In this document: positions 1-9,200 of the stretch, one piece after another
Numbering within the stretch: position 1 is the stretch's first letter
How the letters are laid out: each line of letters begins with the position of its first letter
NCBI GenBank assembly: GCA_944389345.1
Contig: CALXMA010000003.1
Span: forward strand, 24,294-88,293
Reading direction: 5' to 3'
Origin: an uncultured Alphaproteobacteria bacterium
GTDB taxonomy: Bacteria; Pseudomonadota; Alphaproteobacteria; Rs-D84
DNA: 64,000 nucleotides
Notes under the pieces: model-generated
Told to the model about the DNA's origin: nothing
Database searches by the model: none
Seen by the model: only the letters and a program-made list of their open reading frames with translations
Program-made: the position numbers and the translations under genes

Positions 1-4
1 TTTT

Positions 5-1222
5 TTATTTTTTCACCACCACGCGCAAGAATGTCTTTTTACCCTTTTGCACGACAAACTCATCCGCGGGCGAAACATTTATTTTCCAATCCGCAACCTT
101 GTTGCCATCAATCTGCACGCCCCCCTGTTCTATCATACGACGCGCTTCGGACTTAGACGGGAACAATTTTGCCATCACCAAGAAATCCAAAACGCCCATA
201 TCGCTCGGCATTTCTATTTCTACACTGGGCATATTTTCGGCATCACGCGCACCACCGAACAGTGAATCCGCCGTTTCCTGGGCCGCCACCGCGGCATCGT
301 GTCCATGCGCAATTTCCGTTGCGGCGAACGCCAAAATCTTTTTTGCTTCGTTTAATTCCGCCCCCTGTAACGCGGACAACCGCGCAATTTCATCCAATGG
401 AATTTCTGTAAATATTTTCAAGAACTTTTCCACTAAATCGTCCGGGGTATTGCGAAAATATTGATAATATTCATACGGCGATGTTTTATCTTCATTCACC
501 CACACCGCATTTCCCGCAGACTTGCCGATTTTTTCACCGCGCGAATCTGTGATTAACGCCGTGGATAAAACGAACGCCTCTTTGCCCAGTTTTTTACGGA
601 TTAGTTCCACACCCATAATACTGTTGCCCCATTGATCCGCACCACAGAATTGCAATGTGCAATTATATTTTTTATACAGCGTTAAAAAATCCACCGCCTG
701 AAAAGTCATATAATTAAATTCCAAAAACGTCATCCCGTTTTCCAGACGTCTGCGCACACTTTCCATAGACAACATACGTGGCACGGTAAAATCGGTCCCA
801 TATTCGCGCAAGAATTCCATATGACTGTAATTTTTCATCCAATCATTGTTATCCACCATAATTGCATCGGTCGCGCCATCACCAAATCTGATAAACTTGG
901 ATATAGATTTACGCAATCCGGCACAGTTATGTTCAATTTGTTCATCGGTCAACATTGGCCGCCCCTTGTCGCGTCCCGACGGGTCGCCAATACGTCCCGT
1001 GGCCCCACCAACCAATGTAATAGGTTTGTTTCCATATTTCTGGAACCATCGCATTAACATCAACGACGCCAAATGTCCGACATGCAACGAATCGCCGGTT
1101 GGATCCGTACCCCAATACGCAACAACCTGGCCGGCGTTCAACGCATCATTCAATCCGTCCATATTAGACGCCTGATTCAAGAAACCGCGCGCCTCTAATT
1201 CCCGCAACAAAGCATTCTGCAT
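5..1222 (-). CDS. tyrS: Tyrosine--tRNA ligase
   Basis: GTDPTGDSLHVGH (HIGH motif), GADQWGN, KIGKS (KMSKS motif), C-terminal S4-like domain. Confidence 0.97.
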   Translation of the reverse strand: MQNALLRELEARGFLNQASNMDGLNDALNAGQVVAYWGTDPTGDSLHVGHLASLMLMRWFQKYGNKPITLVGGATGRIGDPSGRDKGRPMLTDEQIEHNCAGLRKSISKFIRFGDGATDAIMVDNNDWMKNYSHMEFLREYGTDFTVPRMLSMESVRRRLENGMTFLEFNYMTFQAVDFLTLYKKYNCTLQFCGADQWGNSIMGVELIRKKLGKEAFVLSTALITDSRGEKIGKSAGNAVWVNEDKTSPYEYYQYFRNTPDDLVEKFLKIFTEIPLDEIARLSALQGAELNEAKKILAFAATEIAHGHDAAVAAQETADSLFGGARDAENMPSVEIEMPSDMGVLDFLVMAKLFPSKSEARRMIEQGGVQIDGNKVADWKINVSPADEFVVQKGKKTFLRVVVKK

Positions 1223-1246
1223 TTTAATTACCTTTTTTATTTATTA

Positions 1247-1678
1247 TTAACGCATACGCCCCAAAAACAACCGCAAATTACTTTCCGTGCTTAACGTCGG
1301 TGTGATTCCACGTCCAATCAACGCACGAAATAACGCAATACGAAACAAGAATCTGTCTTCTGCATCAAAATATTTATAGACAAATTCCTTGATTGCATAA
1401 TCACTGACCGGTTGAATACAAAACGACAACCGCCCACGACACACCCACACGGCGGGCAAAACAAACGGTTGACTGCGCCCCAAAGAATACATTTTGTCGC
1501 CCACATTGACCGCACCTGCGACACGTGGCGCAATGACACCTTTTTTGGTTTTGTTTCCGTTTATAAAATCAGACATAAACACATGACGTTCTATGAAACC
1601 ATGCCTGTTTTTTAATAAAACATTGGACCACAAATCGTGATTATCTATGTCATATACAATATACTTTTCCATACCCAA
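1247..1678 (-). CDS. Hypothetical protein, probable paralog of 1783..2178
   Basis: 143-aa ORF co-oriented with tyrS; shares MEKY start and a similar C-terminal segment with its neighbour. Confidence 0.6.
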   Translation of the reverse strand: MGMEKYIVYDIDNHDLWSNVLLKNRHGFIERHVFMSDFINGNKTKKGVIAPRVAGAVNVGDKMYSLGRSQPFVLPAVWVCRGRLSFCIQPVSDYAIKEFVYKYFDAEDRFLFRIALFRALIGRGITPTLSTESNLRLFLGRMR

Positions 1679-1782
1679 CCCTGTCCAGAAAACAATAGCA
1701 CCGACGACGCAAATTTTCCATAAAATAATATCCCACCGCCCAACAAATGCGCGATGGGATTAATACCCAGATAGCAACCAGA

Positions 1783-2178
1783 TTATTTCTGGTTTTGTCG
1801 TTGAATTAACATAATATCACGAACCAAAGACCCCGTTGATTTCATTCCGCGTCGATGCAAAGAATTCTGAACCGCGCGACAAAATCTGAATTTATCAAAA
1901 CTAAATTCGCCCAGTCCCGGTATCAAATCGTAAACAGTCCGCGCCCGCAATATTCCATCTGGCGACAAACCGAACAACATATTACCCCCGAACACATACG
2001 CCAATTGCAAATCTTGGTCATATTTCGAAGAAAACACATCAACACGCGTGCCGGCCGGCAACACAGGCGCGAATTTGGCCGGGAACAACGCCTCGATTTT
2101 GCGTCCTGTATTCACCATATTAACGTGAACCATCTGGTCGGCAACGACAAAAGCAGATTGAACTGTATATTTTTCCAT
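1783..2178 (-). CDS. Hypothetical protein, probable paralog of 1247..1678
   Basis: 131-aa ORF with MEKY start and DxFxFxxAxxxxLxxRGxxxTxS C-terminal pattern. Confidence 0.6.
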   Translation of the reverse strand: MEKYTVQSAFVVADQMVHVNMVNTGRKIEALFPAKFAPVLPAGTRVDVFSSKYDQDLQLAYVFGGNMLFGLSPDGILRARTVYDLIPGLGEFSFDKFRFCRAVQNSLHRRGMKSTGSLVRDIMLIQRQNQK

Positions 2179-2202
2179 TTTATTTTTTTCAACCCCGACA
2201 CA

Positions 2203-2234
2203 CAGAAATCCGGCGAATACACGCCGGATTTCTG
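2203..2234 (-). terminator. Stem-loop downstream of tsf
   Basis: cagaaatccggcg / cgccggatttctg 13-bp inverted repeat. Confidence 0.6.
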
Positions 2235-2255
2235 GGAAACATTATCTTATAAACA

Positions 2256-3125
2256 TTACGACAACATTTTGGCAACTTCGTCGGCCAAATTGTCTTCGCG
2301 TTTCTGGATGCCTTCGCCCAAAACAAAGTACGCAAACCCAGCCAATTTACCACCGGCTTCTTCTACGACTTGCTTTACGCTCTTGGACGGATCCATAACG
2401 AACGGCTGTTCTTCCAAAACAGTTTCGGCATAGTATTTGTGAATACGACCCTGGACCATTTTTTCAACAACCTGTTCTGGTTTGCCCGCGGTTGCCCCAG
2501 ATTCAATAAAGACCTTCTTTTCACGTTCGATGGCCGCCGGATCAACATCGGCGATTGTCATATATTCTGGTTTATTCGCGGCAATATGCATGGCGATTTT
2601 ATTTCCGATTTCGTCAATCTTGTCAGAATCACCATTGATTGCGACGACAACACCAATCTGGCCCATACCCGGCACCAACGCATTGTGAACATAAGAATAA
2701 ATATGATCGCCCGAAACCTTGGCAATACGACGCAGATTCATATTTTCACCGATTGTCGAAATCGCATTTGCGATATCATCTTTGACGGCATCCATTGTTG
2801 CATCAAAATCGCCCTTTAATTCCATTGCCTTGGACGCGACATCGGCGACCAATTTCTGGAACTTGTCGTTTTTCGCAACAAAGTCTGTTTCTGCATTAAC
2901 TTCGACAACGCAACCCAAATCATCACATTTAACAACTGTGACCAACCCAGACGCGGCGACACGCCCTGCCTTGGACGCGGCCTTTACGATACCCTTCTGG
3001 CGCAACCAATCGGCGGCGGCTTCGATATCACCGTTTGTTTCGACCAATGCCTTTTTACAATCCATCATACCCGCAGATGTTTTTTCGCGCAGTTCTTGGA
3101 TTAATTTAGTGGTTATTTCTGCCAT
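2256..3125 (-). CDS. tsf: Translation elongation factor Ts
   Basis: LREKTSAGMMDCKKAL and EVNAETDFVAKN motifs; directly downstream of rpsB; start chosen at MAEITT after a G-rich RBS. Confidence 0.97.
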   Translation of the reverse strand: MAEITTKLIQELREKTSAGMMDCKKALVETNGDIEAAADWLRQKGIVKAASKAGRVAASGLVTVVKCDDLGCVVEVNAETDFVAKNDKFQKLVADVASKAMELKGDFDATMDAVKDDIANAISTIGENMNLRRIAKVSGDHIYSYVHNALVPGMGQIGVVVAINGDSDKIDEIGNKIAMHIAANKPEYMTIADVDPAAIEREKKVFIESGATAGKPEQVVEKMVQGRIHKYYAETVLEEQPFVMDPSKSVKQVVEEAGGKLAGFAYFVLGEGIQKREDNLADEVAKMLS

Positions 3126-3192
3126 ATTTTCCCCCATATTTGTTTTCTGTGGCACGGCGGGGAACCGCCATGCCACCACAGTTGTTAGATAA

Positions 3193-4050
3193 TTATTTGT
3201 CGGCCTTTTCCGCCTTGTCCATCAATTTACTGCGACGTTCTGCGCGTGCTTCGGACGTTTTAGATTTCTGGCGTGCTTCTTTATCTTTGATATCCGCTTC
3301 GAAATCATCGGCGACGCCATCCATATCGGATTCGACCTTTTTACCGGCCACCCCGCCCAGACGTTTTTCGATACCGGACAGAATCGCATCAACGAACAAA
3401 TCACAGTACAATTGGGTTGCACGCGACGCATCGTCATTACCCGGCACTGGGTAATCAACCAGTTCTGGGTTTGCATTCGTATCACAGATTGCGATTGTCG
3501 GAATATCCAAGATTTTTGCTTCGCGTACTGCATTAATTTCGCGTGGCACATCGATAACGACCATGGCCTGTGGCACACCGTGCATTTCCAAAATACCGCC
3601 GAAAATCGCACGCAGTTTTTCAACTTCTTTGGTCATTACGCCAACTTCTTTCTTGGTCAGGCCCAATTTATCTGCGTTTTCGATATCAGATTCCATCTTT
3701 TTCAAACGACGGATAGACTGAGAAACCGTTGTCCAGTTGGTCAACATACCACCCAACCAACGATTGTTAACATAGAACTGTCCGCAACGTTCGGCGGCAT
3801 CTTTGACAATATCTTTGGCCTGATGCTTGGTCGCAACGAACAAAATTTTACCACCGGCGGCGGCAATCGCCTCTAACGCGACCAACGCGCGATGCAACAA
3901 CGGCGCCGTTTTATTCAAATTAATAATATGAATTTTGTCTTTTACACCGTAAACATATGGTGTCATTAACGGGTTCCAGCGACGGGTATGGTGGCCAAAA
4001 TGTACACCGGCTTCCATCAACTGTTTCATAGTAAATGTTGGCAAAGCCAT
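3193..4050 (-). CDS. rpsB: 30S ribosomal protein S2
   Basis: LMEAGVHFGH, RWLGGMLTNW and PGNDDA motifs. Confidence 0.98.
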   Translation of the reverse strand: MALPTFTMKQLMEAGVHFGHHTRRWNPLMTPYVYGVKDKIHIINLNKTAPLLHRALVALEAIAAAGGKILFVATKHQAKDIVKDAAERCGQFYVNNRWLGGMLTNWTTVSQSIRRLKKMESDIENADKLGLTKKEVGVMTKEVEKLRAIFGGILEMHGVPQAMVVIDVPREINAVREAKILDIPTIAICDTNANPELVDYPVPGNDDASRATQLYCDLFVDAILSGIEKRLGGVAGKKVESDMDGVADDFEADIKDKEARQKSKTSEARAERRSKLMDKAEKADK

Positions 4051-4279
4051 TTTAATATCCTTTGTTTTCTGTTGTTATCCTCGCCGTTCGCGAAACCAAA
4101 TTTTCATTTGGACAGAAACTTGTTAACCGAACGACTGTGTCCTTCACGCAAAAACGTGTAGCGGGATAATAGACTAAAACACCACAAAAATCAAGTAAAA
4201 ATTGTTTTTTGTCAACCATCATCCATATTTTGTACAACTATTTGACAAAACTAATTTTTCGTATAAACATTGTCTTACA

Positions 4280-6121
4280 ATGAGGTTCGCCCGCATACTG
4301 CTTTTATCATGTTATATGACCACACCATACACTGGTGCCCTGGCCCGATATACGCCTGGTCTGGACTGTTTGGATTCCGAATATGCCGATGCCCACCCGG
4401 CCGAATGTGGCAAAAAATCGTATTTTACCGCCACAACAATATCAATGATGTCTGGCGCGACATTATTGGGTGGCGCACTTGCCTGGCTTGGTATGTCGGC
4501 ATGGGGTAATGAAACAGACAGCGCCGACCCGACACAAACATTTCAACCAACATTACCGGCATACAACATGGTGGGTGGCGACGTTGAATCAATACACCTG
4601 GCAACCGCAACCACAACCCCAGAATACGAAAAAAACGCGAACCAATATGACGACATTCGTTTGGGTTATTCCATCGCCCGCGGTTTTACAGGACGCGGTT
4701 CAACAATTGCGATACTGGATTCTGGCGACGACACATGGCACGGATACGCGGTCGCAACGATTGCATCTGGGCCAATATCACCAAACGCCACGGTACAGCA
4801 ATACAAAATTGCCAACAGCCCAACAGATTTTTTACCATATTCCGACATAGGCGACGTAATACAATCCGCATCTGATGCAGACATTTTTAACGCCAGTTGG
4901 TCCGTTCCCATGCGCGCGACAGAACTGGCATCACGCCAACAATTAATCCGACTGACCAATGAACACTTTGTCAGCCAACTGATTCAATCGGCGAACCGTG
5001 GCGCCATTTTTGTTTGGGCGGCCGGGAATGATGCCAGCGCACAAAGCAGTTTATTATCCGCGATGCCGGCGGTAATTCCAGAATTACAGGGCCACTTTGT
5101 AAACGTCGTCGCCTGGGACACATCAAAAAATACCCTGGCCGATTACAGCAACGCATGTGGCATAACAAAACAATGGTGCATAACCGCACCCGGCACAGGC
5201 ATTTCCGTTGGGCACCAACATGCCACCGGGACCAGTTTTGCGACCCCAATTGTATCATCTGCCATTGCTGTAATCAAAGAAGCGTTCCCATATATGTCCG
5301 CACCCGAAATAACATCACTGTTATTTGAAACGGCACGGGATCTGGGTGAACCCGGGGTTGATGACATATACGGCCACGGAATGCTGGACCTGGAACGCGC
5401 AACCCGCCCGGTGGGCGTACCCCTGGTCCCAATCGATGGCGCCCCGGCCCAAGAATTACACGCGGTCCGTATGCCTGGCACCATTGCCCGCAACATAATT
5501 GATACAAATCCGCAATTCGCATACTTTGATAAATACGGTCGCGCATTTAACGCGAACATATCAGATATAATTTCAATAAAAAATCCAGGCATCGGATTTC
5601 AACGTCTGCGCGCCACCCCAGAAATTAATGTGTTAAAACTGGGTGCGCTGGAATTCGGACTTATGACCAGTGATATTGTTCTTGGTGATGGATTTATGCA
5701 GACACGTGGTAATGATATGTTTAATTTTGTCGGCACAAAAAATTCTATTACTTTTGGCGACATAACCCTGACCCAGCGCATCAGAATCGCATTTGGCACG
5801 CCACAGACAACCACGAATTCTGTTATAACTAATTTTTCCAATATTTATATGACATCAATCGGCCTGGACGCACAATACCAAGATTGGACATTCGGGATTT
5901 CTATCCCAGACACCATTATCGACGGCACAATGACCATGCGATTACCAACCGGAAAAAACGCCACAGGAACCATTATCTATCGCGATTATTCCATAGACCT
6001 GATGTCACGTCCCGCCATAGAATATTCCGCATCATACAAATCCATCACCGCCAGTTTTGTTGACTATCCATACGGCACCGATGAATTCTTTATCATGGTC
6101 AAAGGCAACATAAAATTTTAG
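4280..6121 (+). CDS. S8 family (subtilisin-like) serine peptidase, exported
   Basis: Catalytic motifs ILDSG, HGYAV, AAGN and GTSFATP; hydrophobic N-terminal segments; beta-rich C-terminus ending in F; start uncertain. Confidence 0.88.
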   Translation: MRFARILLLSCYMTTPYTGALARYTPGLDCLDSEYADAHPAECGKKSYFTATTISMMSGATLLGGALAWLGMSAWGNETDSADPTQTFQPTLPAYNMVGGDVESIHLATATTTPEYEKNANQYDDIRLGYSIARGFTGRGSTIAILDSGDDTWHGYAVATIASGPISPNATVQQYKIANSPTDFLPYSDIGDVIQSASDADIFNASWSVPMRATELASRQQLIRLTNEHFVSQLIQSANRGAIFVWAAGNDASAQSSLLSAMPAVIPELQGHFVNVVAWDTSKNTLADYSNACGITKQWCITAPGTGISVGHQHATGTSFATPIVSSAIAVIKEAFPYMSAPEITSLLFETARDLGEPGVDDIYGHGMLDLERATRPVGVPLVPIDGAPAQELHAVRMPGTIARNIIDTNPQFAYFDKYGRAFNANISDIISIKNPGIGFQRLRATPEINVLKLGALEFGLMTSDIVLGDGFMQTRGNDMFNFVGTKNSITFGDITLTQRIRIAFGTPQTTTNSVITNFSNIYMTSIGLDAQYQDWTFGISIPDTIIDGTMTMRLPTGKNATGTIIYRDYSIDLMSRPAIEYSASYKSITASFVDYPYGTDEFFIMVKGNIKF

Positions 6122-6228
6122 CCCTTCTACCCGACACCGGCACGTTGTTGCAAAAATCAAACAAAAATAATTTGATTATTGGCGTTTTCACTTATAATAT
6201 AAATTACTGTCAAAGGAAGGGCTTTTCT

Positions 6229-9200
6229 ATGCAACGCAAACAATCTGTAAAACGTCAACAATCCACAAAATCACGCACGACGCGCACGGGCACGATTAAT
6301 CAAAAAAAATCGCACATTTTACGCAAACTGATATGGGGACTGGGCGGATTAATTGTGTGCGGGATTATTGCTGTTTCTGCATATTTCATCGTACGTAATA
6401 ACGCAAATAAAACCGAACTGGGGGCGAATATTTCTGCACCCGCACCGGCCGAATTCTTTGACAATAACACCATGTTTTTTGCGACAAACGGTGGTATCCC
6501 AGATGTAAATAACGACCGCGAATTGCATAACCCCGACGCGTTTTCAATAACATATTCTGTTGAATCTGGTGAATATCGTCCGGCATTCGATGTGAACATT
6601 GATGAATCAGATTTGACCCAATATGTAAAAATAACGCCTTTTATCCGTGGCACATGGAAAATAAATGGCGACACTATAACATTCTATCCAGAATCTTGGT
6701 GGCCCGCCGGCACAAAATTCACGGTAAAGACAGATAAAAAATTATTCAACCCGGACACCCGCCCAAACACATTACGCACATCATTCACAACCCCGGACAT
6801 TACGGCAACAATCGATAATTTCAATATGTACCCCGCACCAAACGATAAAAAATCTGTGATTGGTGTTGCGGTCATATCATTTAATTACGAAATTGATACA
6901 TCACATTTTGATGACAAAGTATCGGTAAAACTGGACGGCGACAAATTGGGCTTTACGACAAAATTTGATAAATTCCACCGTACCGCATTCATAATAACCG
7001 AACCGGTAAAAATCACATCAGAACCACAAATTATACGCGTAAAGTTAAACCGCGTGCCGGCAATGTCTGGGGATTCCCGCACAGAAAAAATCAACGCCAA
7101 TCTGACACTGGAATCGGCGGATAATATATTCAAAATCGCAAATATGGAAACCGCGGTTGCCGATGATACAGACGGCAATGCACAACAGTTAATATTATTA
7201 AACACCACAACATCCGCACGTTCTGGAATTGATTGGTCAAAATATATAACCGCATATTTATTACCGAAATATCATGACGATTCCGAACGTGCAAACGAAA
7301 CACCACACACATGGGCACGCGACGAAATCACCGATACTGTTTTACAAGAATCCGAAAAATTAACAATTACACCAATGGATTTTGCGACCCCGAACGGTGT
7401 TTTCCAGTACGCATTTTCATTCGACGTATCGGATAAAACCGCGCGTTATATTTACATGGACATAAAACCGGGCGCAGATTCTGAAAATGGTTTTACAATG
7501 AAAAACGGTCTGACCGGTGTATTACCCGTTCCGTATCCCGAACGCGCGGTCAAAATTGCGGGGTCTGGGGCGCTGTTATCACTGGCCGGCGACCGCCAAT
7601 TGGGGATTGTTGCACGTGGTGGTGTTGACACGGCATACGTTAACCTGTACAAAATAAAATCATCTGAAATCAATCATCTGATATCACAAACATATAATGT
7701 ATTCGCCCAAAGTATGGAATTCAAATCTTATGCATTTGGCGTATACGATATGTCTGTCGTATTCCAGAAAAAAATATCATTTGCGAATCCGTCCATGACA
7801 CGCACAGATTATGCATCTGTTGACCTGGGCGATTACCTGGACAGAACATACGGCGACAACACGGGCATATTTATTGTTCAAACAGGCACATCGGAAAATC
7901 AAACAGAATTCAACGACAAACGTCTGATTTTATTAACCGACATGGGCATAATACGCAAAGTCAATCTGGACGGTTCATCGGCGGTATTTGTATCAAAACT
8001 GTCGGACGGAACACCGGCGGGCGACATTGAAATATCTGTATTGGGTCGCAATGGTAATGCGGTATGGGCCGGACGCACGGACGCGAACGGTCGCGCCAAC
8101 ATCCCAGAATTGCCATGGTCTGAATATCGTGGTGCACGCGAACCCGTGGCGGTCGTTGCGCGCAATGGCAATGACGTATCATTTATTCCATACAACGCAT
8201 ACAATCAACAGGTTGAATATTCTAAATTTGATATAGACGGAATATATACAACCGCATCAACGCCACTGAACGCATTTATGTTTTCAGATCGTGGAATCTA
8301 TCGCCCGGGCGAAGAACTGACAATTGGTGCAATCGTCAAAAACAAAACCTTTACCGCGTTGGCGGGCATACCCGTTAAATTCCAGATGTACGATTCGCGT
8401 GGTCGCGTTGCGATGGAAAAAACATTTTCGTTAAAACCAAACGGAATGTTCGACCTAGAATTTGATATCCCAAACGACGCGCCATTGGGTTCATGGACCG
8501 CATATTTGTATTCATTGACGTCAACGAACAATCTGGATGATATGCTGGGGATGACGACATTCAATGTCCAAGAATTTACCCCCGACACAATGAAAATCAC
8601 CGCGAATATCAACGGCGCACTGGATGACGGATGGATTCCATCAGACAATATAACCGCTAACGTTTCATTGCGTAATTTGTTTGGCACCCCCGCATCAGAC
8701 AGACGCATATCCGCGCATGCAACACTGACACCAACCAAGTTTGCATTTCCCGAATACCCAGAATATGAATTCACACCGAATTTTATATCTGGCACGGGAC
8801 TGGCCGACAATACCGCACGTCGCGCGCAAACATTTACCGCGGATTTAACAGACACACGTACGGACGCAAATGGTACGGCAACATTGGCACTGGATTTCAA
8901 TCAACATATTCCGAATGGCACATATACATTGACATTGAACATTCGGGGATTTGAATCGAACGCCGGCACGGGTGTACAAACAAACATAACAACCCAGGTA
9001 TCGGATTATAAATACTTAATCGGATGGCACGCGAATTCTGACCTGGAATACATAAATACTAATGCCCCACGCACTGTGAATATTGTCGCACTGGACCACA
9101 CCGCGACACCGACCGCGGTACCGGATTTAACATTACGTATTATACGTCGCGAAAACCAAACCAGTTTGGTCAAAGACTATAACAATTTCTATAAATACCA

